Below are positions 27,690 through 37,108 of a stretch of 64,000 nucleotides of DNA, one piece after another. The notes below the pieces were generated by a model. That model saw only the letters and a list, made by a program, of their open reading frames with translations. It had not been told where the DNA came from and searched no databases. The translations under genes and the position numbers were made by a program. The stretch's first letter is position 1, and every line of letters begins with the position of its first letter. Origin of the DNA: Alkalispirochaeta sp. (GTDB lineage: Bacteria > Spirochaetota > Spirochaetia > DSM-27196 > Alkalispirochaetaceae); the NCBI GenBank assembly GCA_965601925.1, contig OZ271854.1:2464001-2528000 (forward strand), written 5' to 3'.

Positions 27690-29486
27690 TTGAGGCGTTA
27701 TTGGGCGATCGAGGACTCGTGGATCGCCAAAGTATATCCAACGGCGTCAACGCCGCAAAAGCAGCGAGTCTTCGCATTCTCGATGCTTCTCGTCGTCGGA
27801 ATCGTTGCGTTGGTCGGCTATCTGGTCGTCAATGTGTTCGTCGGCGATTACTACTTCGCCGCTGAAAATGCAATTATCATAGTTCTGTCAGTTGTTGCGC
27901 TTTTCCTTCTGAGACGCGGACGGTATACCGAGGCCCTGTACGTCGCGGTCTTCTTCGGCGGCGTCGTCGTCGAGCTGTTTATCGTCTTTGCGGGTGCGTT
28001 CTCGTGGAGTCAGACCATGGCGTTCGGTGGGGAGACGCTCCCGCTTACCGCTACCATGTATCTGCTCATCATCGGCATACTCTCCACGGAACGAAGAATG
28101 GTGTATCTCTCGATCGGCGCATTCACTCTGATCGTCACCGCCGGTACGGCGTTCATCGACGAGTCGACGACCCATCTGGCAATCTTCTCGGCGACCAACG
28201 CATTTCTTTTTCTGCTCATCGTGTCCACGGTGACATTTCTTCTTTTTCACCTGCAGCAGCATCTCGTGACGTCGATACGAGAGAAAGAGGTGCTTACCGA
28301 GCGTCTGGAGACCGAAAAGCTTGCGGCGGAGCGGGCCAACGGAGCAAAGTCGATATTCCTGGCGAAGATGAGCCACGATTTGCGGACGCCCATTAGCAAC
28401 GTTCTCGGAATCAGCGAGTTGCTGTTACGGACTACGGACGACGGCGAAACGCGGAGATTCGTGAAGAGCATTCAGCATTCCGGCAAAACACTCCTACGAC
28501 TCGTCGAAGACATTCTGGATCTCTCGAAGGTAGAGGCCGAAGAGGTGTTGTTCGTTCGAGAAGAGTTCAATCTTTCGACCGTCATAAAAACCGTCGTGCG
28601 TTCGGTAACCACGGCAATCAGGGAGAAGGGTCTATCTCTCGAAGCGCATATCGATATCGACGACGCCCTACGTGTCGCGGGGGACCCCGCCCGACTGGAG
28701 CAAACCATTACCAATGTTCTGGTGAACGCCGTGAAGTACACCGATTCCGGAGTTATCGCGGTGCGCGCTTCGATCGACACGCGCAGCGATCCATATCACT
28801 GCACGATCACGATCGCCGACACGGGCATAGGAATCCCGCCGGAGTTACTCGACTCGATCTTCGAACCGTTCTCTCAGGGCGCACCCGAGTACTACGGCGC
28901 CCGACGCGGGGTCGGTCTCGGTCTGTCAATTGTGAAGCACGTTTTGAATCATATGGGTGGAGACGTCGCCGTCCACAGTGAGGTCGGCGCGGGTACGACC
29001 GTGACGATGCGTTTTCCGATGGATGCTGCCGACGGTCTCGTCGAGCCCGACCCCGCCGATGAAATCGAGGAAGGTATCACGCGATCCACACAGGCGTACC
29101 GTGTTCTGATTGCCGACGACGATCCGGTGAATCGCGAGCTGATCATCCACACGCTCCAGCATCTCGGCCATTCGGTGACTGCGTGCGAAAACGGTTCCGA
29201 AGCGGTCGAACAGTTCGAAACAGACGCGTTTGATATGGTTATTCTCGATATTCACATGCCGGTATTAGACGGTATTGATGCAACGGCGAGCCTACGATCG
29301 CTGGAGAACTTTCGGCAGAACCCGGTTCCGATCCTCGGCTTGACGGCATCCGCGATGCCGCAGGAGATCGAATGTTTCCTCGCGGCGGGAATGGACAGAG
29401 TGTTGACTAAGCCGTTCACGATAGACGAGTTGTCCCAAGCGATCGCCGCGTTTGCGATTCACGATACTCGCGCATTCGATACCTAA
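27690..29486 (+). CDS. Membrane-bound hybrid sensor histidine kinase (HisKA-HATPase-REC)
   Basis: ~6 TMs; MSHDLRTP, NVLVNAVKYT, DTGIGI, GVGLGL; REC ILDIHMP...TKPF. Confidence 0.93.
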   Translation: MRRYWAIEDSWIAKVYPTASTPQKQRVFAFSMLLVVGIVALVGYLVVNVFVGDYYFAAENAIIIVLSVVALFLLRRGRYTEALYVAVFFGGVVVELFIVFAGAFSWSQTMAFGGETLPLTATMYLLIIGILSTERRMVYLSIGAFTLIVTAGTAFIDESTTHLAIFSATNAFLFLLIVSTVTFLLFHLQQHLVTSIREKEVLTERLETEKLAAERANGAKSIFLAKMSHDLRTPISNVLGISELLLRTTDDGETRRFVKSIQHSGKTLLRLVEDILDLSKVEAEEVLFVREEFNLSTVIKTVVRSVTTAIREKGLSLEAHIDIDDALRVAGDPARLEQTITNVLVNAVKYTDSGVIAVRASIDTRSDPYHCTITIADTGIGIPPELLDSIFEPFSQGAPEYYGARRGVGLGLSIVKHVLNHMGGDVAVHSEVGAGTTVTMRFPMDAADGLVEPDPADEIEEGITRSTQAYRVLIADDDPVNRELIIHTLQHLGHSVTACENGSEAVEQFETDAFDMVILDIHMPVLDGIDATASLRSLENFRQNPVPILGLTASAMPQEIECFLAAGMDRVLTKPFTIDELSQAIAAFAIHDTRAFDT

Positions 29487-29506
29487 TCTCCGCTTTGGCG
29501 TTCTAA

Positions 29507-29608
29507 CCGGCGGGGAGACTCGAAGGTACTCCCTACGGTCGCACCCTGTGCGGGGTCCTCGGGCTTTGCCCTGCGGTCCTCGCTCGGCTCCGTTCGAGTC
29601 TCCCGGCC
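29507..29608. repeat. tRNA-associated structured element carrying an 18-bp direct repeat of the tRNA-Leu 3' end
   Basis: CCGGCGGGGAGACTCGAA at 29507-29524 is identical to 29673-29690; inverted copy TTCGAGTCTCCC at 29593-29604. Confidence 0.8.
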
Positions 29609-29670
29609 TATGGTTTGAAGAAGTGACGTTATCCTGAGGGAAGAGCCTGATATCGTACGAAATGCGCTCA

Positions 29671-29754
29671 TGCCGGCGGGGAGACTCGAACTCCCACACC
29701 CGTGAAGGCGGCAGATTTTGAGTCTGCTGCGTCTACCAATTCCGCCACGCCGGC
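29671..29754 (-). tRNA. tRNA-Leu (CAA)
   Basis: GCCGGCGTGGCGGAATTGGTAGACGCAGCAGACT-CAA-AATCTGC...GGGAGTTCGAGTCTCCCCGCCGGCA; long variable arm; CCA not encoded. Confidence 0.97.
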
Positions 29755-29814
29755 TCGTACGTCGGTGCACGATACTATCGCATCCCTCGGCGCGCATCAA
29801 GCGGGGACGATTCG

Positions 29815-30222
29815 TTAGCGCCACACGGCGAATATCGCGCCCCCCGCGGCGTGAACAAGCACCATATAGGAGACAAACAACCACGTTAACCCGTGCTTGC
29901 GCTCCTCAAACGTTCCGGTGGTAAGTAGCCCGGTCGCGCCGAAGGCGAACCACAAGAGCGCACCCCACGCCATACCGCTCCACCACGTGTACACACGCAA
30001 TAGGGAGATTACGACGGCCAGCACCACCGCGCTCACGAACGCACCGGCCATCGGTATCGCGTACATTATCGCGTTACCGCCCTCGATCTCTTCCGCTTTT
30101 TTTTCCACGAGGGACAGCCAGAACGTACCGAACAAGGGTCCGTACCAGAGAAAGCCGACGAACATATTGAGAGCGGTCACCGCCAACACCGCCCACCAGT
30201 TGATTAGTTGAAACTGTCCCAT
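29815..30222 (-). CDS. DUF1761-like small membrane protein
   Basis: INWWAVLAV...VGFLWYGPLFG; four TM segments. Confidence 0.75.
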   Translation of the reverse strand: MGQFQLINWWAVLAVTALNMFVGFLWYGPLFGTFWLSLVEKKAEEIEGGNAIMYAIPMAGAFVSAVVLAVVISLLRVYTWWSGMAWGALLWFAFGATGLLTTGTFEERKHGLTWLFVSYMVLVHAAGGAIFAVWR

Positions 30223-30233
30223 ACTATCGCCCC

Positions 30234-30608
30234 CTATTCGCGATGTATCGCGTTATGAGACATGACACGTTCCATAACATATTGCACGAGGCCCATGTCG
30301 AGATCCATCGCATATTGATCGACGACATCGCGGACTGTGCTCCAGTCGTTCTCATCGAGCGGATCCGCTGCATCGTCATACTGTAACCACACCAAATCGA
30401 GAAGATCGCCGAGGGTCTGACGTCGTTCATCGGGAGCCGCACGCGACTGAATACCGTGCATGAACAGATCGGACGTGAACCCCGGGGGAAGGTGAGATGC
30501 ACTGTTCCGAAACAACTGTTCCAACTCCGAGAAGTAGCGATCGGAATCCAACGCCGTCTTTTTTCGCAAACGAACTTCCTGAGCGATGAAGCGCTGGGAA
30601 TGAAACAT
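30234..30608 (-). CDS. Hypothetical protein
   Basis: MFHSQRFIAQE...; start 30608 follows TTCACA-17-TACACT; acidic helical C-terminus. Confidence 0.65.
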   Translation of the reverse strand: MFHSQRFIAQEVRLRKKTALDSDRYFSELEQLFRNSASHLPPGFTSDLFMHGIQSRAAPDERRQTLGDLLDLVWLQYDDAADPLDENDWSTVRDVVDQYAMDLDMGLVQYVMERVMSHNAIHRE

Positions 30609-30638
30609 ATTGTAAGTGTAGCGCGTTGACCAAACGAT

Positions 30639-32222
30639 GTGAATGGCCCTATGTTTCTCGCACAGATGGTCGGTTCCCCAGTTGATTGCGAGACGTCGCA
30701 CCGCTTGAGAGGTGGTGCCCTTTTTTTGTTGCTCGGCGTCTTGCTGAGTTCATGTAGCTCCACACCGGATACGACGGAGACGTTGGATCCACCCCGTTTA
30801 GGTATCCTTCACTACGATACTGCGTTTGAGCTCGCCGACGGAGAGGCACCCGTGGAGGCGGCTTCAATATACATCGACTCTGCTCGCTTACTGGTGGCCG
30901 CCGGTCGCGTGCAGGCGGCGACGGAGGTGCTCCGATACGCCGAGTATGTGATCGAACAGGTAGCCTCCAATGCCGCAGGTCGCGCGATCCTGCGCGTCGA
31001 CCTCGTCTCGGTCTGGCATCTTCTCGGCGCCCTCGATGAGACTCAAACACCTGCAGTCGAGGAGCGCACCATGCGCGTAGTCGACGAGTTGGGTGATCTA
31101 CCGGAGGTTGAGCTGAGAGCCGCCGCCGCGTTGACGTTGTTGGAGGCGCAGCTCGACAATCCGAATGCCGGTGAGGAGTCGATACGACGCACTCTGGATA
31201 TCGTCTATCTAATCGACGACGATGCGACGCGAACATCCGTGTTAGTGGATGCCGCCGAGCGTATCGAACGACGAGGTGGACGCGGCGGGCTCAATCCGGT
31301 GGTTCAACAGGCGATTGCAGCCGTACCTGCCTTGGACGACGCGCTCCTTGCCGCCAATCTGAACGCCCGTCTTGCGCGACTCAGCCGTGCCCTCGGACGC
31401 GATAGCGATGTGGAGCGGCTCCTCCAGCGTACTATTCAGCGCGCCGAGGCGGGATTTGTCGTCGAACAGGCGGAACTCACGCGTGTGTTCCGTATTATCG
31501 ATATCGTGTCCGAAGAGCGTACGCTTCAGGAGGCGCGTATCGTCCTCGCGAATATATCGCCTCAACGCGCCCGTGCCGATTCTACCGCGTGGCTCGCATG
31601 GCAGTTGGCCCGCCGAGGAGATACGACGACCTCGAACGCGTTGTTCGACGAGGCCTTCGAGCTTGCCGCGCTCATACGCGACGAGGAGGCGCGCGCGGCG
31701 ACCGAAGCGCGAGCGATCATGATGCGCACCGCGGTGGCGCAACCGCCCGATCCGGGGCCCGAGATCGCGCGTCTTTTGGCCGGTGTGAGTCCGGCTACCT
31801 TCTCCCCCGACGCGCGCGAAATCGTCATCGTCGACTTAGCCGCCGCCTACGCTATGGCCGGTCAAACGGGTTCGGTCGATCGATTACGCGGTTTTATCGC
31901 CTCAAACGAAGAGTTTCTCCGGATATTCGTGGGCGTTGCCGAGATTCTCAACGACAGGGATCGACCGAATGCGGCGATGGATATCCTCGGTTCCGTCCAA
32001 GGGTTTTCCGACGAGTCCGACGAGAGTACGTCCGCGGCGCTACGGGCCGCGCGCGTATGGTCTTCGTTGGGCGAGCACGATCGTGCGATCGTGACTGCGG
32101 CCCGGGCCCCCGACGACACGTTCGCGCGCCTTCTCGTCGCAATACCCGCCGTATATCAACCTAATCCCGCGACTCGCGCCGAACTGGAACGTAGGGCGGA
32201 ACGGGCGATTCGTACCGGCTAA
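30639..32222 (+). CDS. Hypothetical helical-repeat lipoprotein
   Basis: Hydrophobic stretch then lipobox LLSSC; Ala/Arg/Leu-rich TPR-like helices; true start probably downstream (30651 or 30705). Confidence 0.7.
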   Translation: MNGPMFLAQMVGSPVDCETSHRLRGGALFLLLGVLLSSCSSTPDTTETLDPPRLGILHYDTAFELADGEAPVEAASIYIDSARLLVAAGRVQAATEVLRYAEYVIEQVASNAAGRAILRVDLVSVWHLLGALDETQTPAVEERTMRVVDELGDLPEVELRAAAALTLLEAQLDNPNAGEESIRRTLDIVYLIDDDATRTSVLVDAAERIERRGGRGGLNPVVQQAIAAVPALDDALLAANLNARLARLSRALGRDSDVERLLQRTIQRAEAGFVVEQAELTRVFRIIDIVSEERTLQEARIVLANISPQRARADSTAWLAWQLARRGDTTTSNALFDEAFELAALIRDEEARAATEARAIMMRTAVAQPPDPGPEIARLLAGVSPATFSPDAREIVIVDLAAAYAMAGQTGSVDRLRGFIASNEEFLRIFVGVAEILNDRDRPNAAMDILGSVQGFSDESDESTSAALRAARVWSSLGEHDRAIVTAARAPDDTFARLLVAIPAVYQPNPATRAELERRAERAIRTG

Positions 32223-32243
32223 GCCCCGCGCCTCGCTACGCGC

Positions 32244-32954
32244 TTACTCGGCCGGACCGATCGTCGTGCCGACGAATGCATCGCCTCGAAGGATCGCTCT
32301 TGTGTTGTCGAGATCTCTGCCCCCGGCGGCGATGACTCTGAACCCCTTCTCTCTCGCGCGCTTCGTCGCAATCGGGTCAAACGGAAGGTTGCTTCCCGGC
32401 GCCCAGGTCGTACCGACAATGGCGTGAAACTCCTCCCATCCCACCCGCTCGAGCGGTGTCGCCCCCGGATCGACCGCCGGATCGGCCGTATACACGCGGC
32501 TGATGTTACTGAGGTTGATGATCGTATCGGCCTCGAATCGTTCGGCAAGCATGACGGCGTCGTAATCGGTGCTGAACCCCGGCTTCCAGCCGGCCGCGAC
32601 GAGCACCGAACCGGAAAAGTCGATCCGACCGGTCGGATCGTACACCACCGGATCGAGACACAGCGGCGCAAAGCTGTGTCGCAACAACTCCGCGTTGAGT
32701 CGCGTGGCCATGACGCCGATCCAGTCCTGTGCATCGACATCGGCGCCTCGTTCCGCCTGCATCTCGTCCCGATCCGATACGGCGCGGTATGCGGTTTGGT
32801 AGCGCCTCGCGGGTGCCCCGCCCCCGACGACGACGATTGCACGTTCCTTCGTTTCACGAATGTGCTCGTCGAGTACGGAGCGGAAGCCGACAATGAGGTC
32901 GACATCTACATCGTCGGGTGCGACGATGGAACCACCGAGTGAAATGACAATCAT
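32244..32954 (-). CDS. pyrH: UMP kinase, archaeal-like subtype
   Basis: VISLGGS, VVVGGGAPARRY, GVMATRLNA, GWKPGFSTDYDA, VYTADP, FDPIA, GTTI. Confidence 0.9.
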   Translation of the reverse strand: MIVISLGGSIVAPDDVDVDLIVGFRSVLDEHIRETKERAIVVVGGGAPARRYQTAYRAVSDRDEMQAERGADVDAQDWIGVMATRLNAELLRHSFAPLCLDPVVYDPTGRIDFSGSVLVAAGWKPGFSTDYDAVMLAERFEADTIINLSNISRVYTADPAVDPGATPLERVGWEEFHAIVGTTWAPGSNLPFDPIATKRAREKGFRVIAAGGRDLDNTRAILRGDAFVGTTIGPAE

Positions 32955-33073
32955 GACGACATCCTATCGTCTCTTGAAACAACAGTCACGGTGAAGTGGT
33001 GCGCCGCCGCCGCCGCGATCGTCACAGTAGCCGCGTACCTGCGGAGTGATTACTTTGGAGACGGGATGATGAC

Positions 33074-33832
33074 ATGGAAGATTTGACCGAATTGCTTGAC
33101 GAGTGGCCCTACGATGAGGGGAGTAACGTCCGCATAGTCGTTGCGTCCGACGGTAGGAGCGTATTGCAGGTTCGATTGCCCCTCGGCATCGAACAGTACG
33201 AGATGGAGGGCCGCCCCGATCGGCAGCGCCACCATGAGTTCGATACCGTTCTCGAGTACATGCAAGATCGGCTCAAGCGCTATATCGTGGAACATGGATC
33301 CGATACCGGGTTTGAAGTATCCGAGGACGATGCAAGCGAGCTACAGGCCGAGGGTGTGCTTTTTTACTACCGATACCTCCTGCTTTATCAGGTGCAGTAC
33401 TACGATATGGTGATCCGCGACACGGAACACAACATCAATCTGTGCGATATGCTCGAGCGCTATTGCCGCAATGAGGAGGCGCGAAACGCCGTGCTTCAGT
33501 TTCGCCCGTATATCCTGCGGATGAACGCAGCCTCCCGTGCGATGGCGGTGGGGCAAGGTACGCTCGCCGGCGACCGGCGGCGCATTCTGTCGGACGCGAT
33601 CGAGCGGATCGAAGGCCTCGAGGAGATCGACAGTCCGGCGTTTCAGTTCGAGCGGGTGCGGTCGATCAACTATCTGCGATCGGTGATGCGCTCGTTGGAA
33701 GGAGAGAGTGAGCAGTCGCTGGAAGATGAGCTTCACGAGGCGATCGAGGCCGAAGAGTACGAGCGAGCCGCGCGCATCCGCGACCGTTTGCGAGATCGCG
33801 ACGATATCGATCGTGTTGACAAAGAGCGGTAA
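33074..33832 (+). CDS. UVR (UvrB/UvrC) motif-containing hypothetical protein
   Basis: C-terminal LHEAIEAEEYERAARIRDRL; N-terminal EGRPD motif. Confidence 0.75.
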   Translation: MEDLTELLDEWPYDEGSNVRIVVASDGRSVLQVRLPLGIEQYEMEGRPDRQRHHEFDTVLEYMQDRLKRYIVEHGSDTGFEVSEDDASELQAEGVLFYYRYLLLYQVQYYDMVIRDTEHNINLCDMLERYCRNEEARNAVLQFRPYILRMNAASRAMAVGQGTLAGDRRRILSDAIERIEGLEEIDSPAFQFERVRSINYLRSVMRSLEGESEQSLEDELHEAIEAEEYERAARIRDRLRDRDDIDRVDKER

Positions 33833-33877
33833 GTCGTTAGACTACCATTATAATCCGATTGTCCTGGGCTAATAACC

Positions 33878-34552
33878 TTGAAAATATTTGCATTCGTTGT
33901 TACAGCGTTGAGCGTTTCGTTCGCCCTGTACGCACAAGAAATTCAAACTGCCGCCGCCTTTTTCGAACAAGTCTCGGTCCGCTACGGTGAGATTGAGGAT
34001 TACAGCGCGACGTTGACCATCACTACCGACGAGTCGGTGATGAACGGCCGTCTCGAATATCGCATTCCTAACCAGGTGCGTATCGACTTTGAGGAGCCCG
34101 CCGGGCAAATTCTCGTCTCCGACGGTGAGAACTTACAAGTGTATATTCCACAGTTTAACGTCGTACTACAACAGCCGTTGCGCAGACGGACCGACGAGGC
34201 GCTGGCGACGTTGGCCAACGAGCAGGGACTGAACCTTCTGAGACAGAACTACAGTATCGCCTTTCTCGACAGTCCGTCGCCCGTCCCCTTGGAGACGGGA
34301 TCCGAGGAGTTGGTTACGAAGTTGCGACTCAACTGGCGCAACTCGACCGAAGGATATCGGCAGCTGATCATCTCGATCGACGACGATCTGCTCATTCGCC
34401 GTATCATCGGTGTGACGGCCAACTATCAGGAAATTCAATTCGATTTTGATGAGTTTCGAATTAACGAGGGAATTCCCGATTCGCGATTCGAATACGAGGC
34501 GCCCTCTTCGGCGAACCTCTTTACCAACTTCCTGTTCGAGGGTGAGGGCTGA
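33878..34552 (+). CDS. lolA: Outer-membrane lipoprotein carrier LolA family
   Basis: Signal peptide; PNQVRIDFEEPAGQILVSDGENLQVY; C-terminal FEYEAP. Confidence 0.8.
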   Translation: MKIFAFVVTALSVSFALYAQEIQTAAAFFEQVSVRYGEIEDYSATLTITTDESVMNGRLEYRIPNQVRIDFEEPAGQILVSDGENLQVYIPQFNVVLQQPLRRRTDEALATLANEQGLNLLRQNYSIAFLDSPSPVPLETGSEELVTKLRLNWRNSTEGYRQLIISIDDDLLIRRIIGVTANYQEIQFDFDEFRINEGIPDSRFEYEAPSSANLFTNFLFEGEG

Positions 34553-34554
34553 GA

Positions 34555-35667
34555 GTGGATGCGATCGGTGCCAAGCTGAGCGGCGCCCGAGAAGCTAAGG
34601 GCGTCAGTATCGAGCAAGCGGCTCGAGATACCCACATCGCAAAACGTTTCATCGAAGCGCTGGAGCGCGAGGATTTCGACCTCTTCCCCGGCGAAGTGTA
34701 CCTCCTGGGATTCATTCGCAGCTACTCCGGCTACCTCGGACTCAACAGCGAAGATATCATTTCTCTGTACCATAATATCCGCCTCCAAGAGCAGCCGGCA
34801 CCGATCGACGAGCTGCTCGATCGACGTCCCCGTCGAGAGGGAATGAAGTTCGTTATCATCGGTATCGCGGCGTTGCTGATCGTCGGCGCGATCGTACTTC
34901 TGTCGGCGTCCGGGATCGTCTCATTGCGACGTGCAGCCACCGAGGAGCCGGTCGAAAATCCGACAATGGAGGCGCTTGTCCTCAACGAGCAGTTCGTCGA
35001 GCGGCGATTCGTCGAGGGAAGCAGAGTCGCTGTGCCGCTGGACGGCGAACAAGTGCTGTTGGAGTTTGTCTCAATCGGAGAACGCGTAGCGGTAGGAAGT
35101 GACGCCGGCATCGTACAGCTTGACGTCGGCGAAGAGCGCATGCTCGACATAACCGGCGAAGGGTCCGGTGACGTTAGTCTCGTAATCCGCCAGATTTACG
35201 GCGAGGAGATGCCGCCGGCCGTCGTCGCGCGCGTCGATCGAATCGTCGTCGCGCAGCAACCGGTAAGCAATGTTCAACCTCTCGCCGAGCTCACCGAGGC
35301 GGAGCGTACCGAGCTGGCGCTCGGACGCACCGCCGAACCGAGTCGGGAGCGCGAACCGGTAGTGGTGGCGCAGTTTGATGCGCCCCAGGAGTACTTCATC
35401 GAGGCGGACTTTCGCGGCCTTACGATGTTTCGGTGGGAGATCGACGACTTACCTCAGGAGGAACGCTATCTCCAGAACGGCGATCGCGTTCGCACCGGAG
35501 TCCAGGATACCGCGCGAATCTGGACCAGCAACGCCGGAAACGTCCGCATGCGAGTAGCGGGCAATCCGATTGAACTCGGACGGCAAGGCGAGATCGTCGC
35601 GGTGATGCTACGGTGGAACGCCGCGGCCGACGGCGGATTTCAACTCGAGCTGCTTCCCCTATACTGA
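34555..35667 (+). CDS. RodZ-like HTH membrane protein
   Basis: IGAKLSGAREAKG, IEALE...FPGEVYLLGFIRSYSGYLGL; one TM; C-terminal SNAGNV. Confidence 0.8.
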   Translation: MDAIGAKLSGAREAKGVSIEQAARDTHIAKRFIEALEREDFDLFPGEVYLLGFIRSYSGYLGLNSEDIISLYHNIRLQEQPAPIDELLDRRPRREGMKFVIIGIAALLIVGAIVLLSASGIVSLRRAATEEPVENPTMEALVLNEQFVERRFVEGSRVAVPLDGEQVLLEFVSIGERVAVGSDAGIVQLDVGEERMLDITGEGSGDVSLVIRQIYGEEMPPAVVARVDRIVVAQQPVSNVQPLAELTEAERTELALGRTAEPSREREPVVVAQFDAPQEYFIEADFRGLTMFRWEIDDLPQEERYLQNGDRVRTGVQDTARIWTSNAGNVRMRVAGNPIELGRQGEIVAVMLRWNAAADGGFQLELLPLY

Positions 35668-35685
35668 CACACGCGAAGGAAGATC

Positions 35686-37080
35686 ATGACTATCTCTCAC
35701 GGAGCGGACACGGTCGAATCGGCGACGCCGTCCGCGGGTACGGTATATATTGAGAACCTCGGTTGTGCAAAGAACCAGGTCGATGCGGAGATCATGGGTA
35801 ATCGCCTCGAGGAGGCCGGATGGCGTTGGATCGATAACCCGGAGTCCGCCGATCTGATCATCGTCAATACATGCGGGTTTATCGAGTCGGCTCAACAAGA
35901 GTCGATCGACGTTACCCTCGATCTGGCGGCACGATTTCCCGATACTTCCATCGCCCTGGCCGGGTGTCTGGCCCAACGGTATGCAGATGATATCCGGAGC
36001 GGTATGCGCGAGCTTGCCGGGGTCTTCGGCAATCGCGACCCCCAGCGGATAACGGAGTTTGTCGACCTGCTTGCGAAGGCGCCGGCCTCAAAGGAGAACG
36101 CGGAGCCGGTCGTGTGGCTTCCACCGGGTGAAGAGACGTTGCGCGGCGATATGCGTCGCCGGCGACTGTCGCACCCGCGTTCGACGTACCTAAAGGTCGC
36201 CGAAGGGTGCGACCACGGGTGCAGCTTCTGCGCCATACCGACGATTCGCGGTGCGTTGCGGCTGCGAGAGCGCGCCGATATCATGCGGGAGTTCCGCTCG
36301 CTTCGACGGGACAACGTCTTCGAGTTCAACCTTGTCGCACAAGATCTGGCGGCGTGGCGCGATGCGGAGCGCACCGGGGAGGGGATCACCGCGCTTCTCG
36401 ACGCCATGCTGGCCGAACCGGGACAGTTCTGGATCAGACTCTTATACCTGTATCCCGACACATTTCCCGAGGAACTGTTGCAGCACGTGGCGTCCGATAG
36501 TCGTCTCGTGCCGTATTTCGATCTCTCGTTTCAGCACGCCGCCTCGTCGATTTTGCGCCGCATGGGGCGTCCGGGAACGGCCGAGGCGTATCTCTCCCTC
36601 ATCGAGCGTATTCGGATTGCAGTGCCCGACGTTGCATTGCGTTCGAGTTTTATCGTCGGATTTCCCGGCGAGACCGAGGCCGAGTTCGAGGAGTTGCTCG
36701 CCTTCATTCGAGCCGCGCGTCTGGAATGGGTCGGCGTGTTTACGTTCAGTCCGCAAGAAGACACACGCGCCGCGACGATGAGCGTCCCGTTTGTGCCGGC
36801 CGAGGAGGGCGAACTCCGCCGGGAGCGCCTCATGGCCGAGCAAGAGTCGATCATGACCGAGCGGCTCGAACGGTTCGTCGGCCGCACGCTCCCCGTTCTC
36901 GTCGAGGAGCCGATCCCCAACGGTGGGGTGGCGCTTGCTCGCTCACCGCAGCAAGCACCTGAGGTCGATGGACTCGTGGTTGTGCGCGGCGGCGGGGATC
37001 TGGAGCCCGGCGACGTCGCTGAGGTGACGATCACCGGTGTGTCCGGCGCCGATCTACTGGGCCGTGTGGCACGCTCTTAG
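35686..37080 (+). CDS. rimO: Ribosomal protein S12 methylthiotransferase RimO
   Basis: LGCAKNQVD, VNTCGFIESA, GCLAQRY, CDHGCSFC radical SAM motif, APEVDG TRAM domain. Confidence 0.95.
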   Translation: MTISHGADTVESATPSAGTVYIENLGCAKNQVDAEIMGNRLEEAGWRWIDNPESADLIIVNTCGFIESAQQESIDVTLDLAARFPDTSIALAGCLAQRYADDIRSGMRELAGVFGNRDPQRITEFVDLLAKAPASKENAEPVVWLPPGEETLRGDMRRRRLSHPRSTYLKVAEGCDHGCSFCAIPTIRGALRLRERADIMREFRSLRRDNVFEFNLVAQDLAAWRDAERTGEGITALLDAMLAEPGQFWIRLLYLYPDTFPEELLQHVASDSRLVPYFDLSFQHAASSILRRMGRPGTAEAYLSLIERIRIAVPDVALRSSFIVGFPGETEAEFEELLAFIRAARLEWVGVFTFSPQEDTRAATMSVPFVPAEEGELRRERLMAEQESIMTERLERFVGRTLPVLVEEPIPNGGVALARSPQQAPEVDGLVVVRGGGDLEPGDVAEVTITGVSGADLLGRVARS

Positions 37081-37108
37081 GGTGCGATACGCACGCGTCG
37101 ATCAAGCG

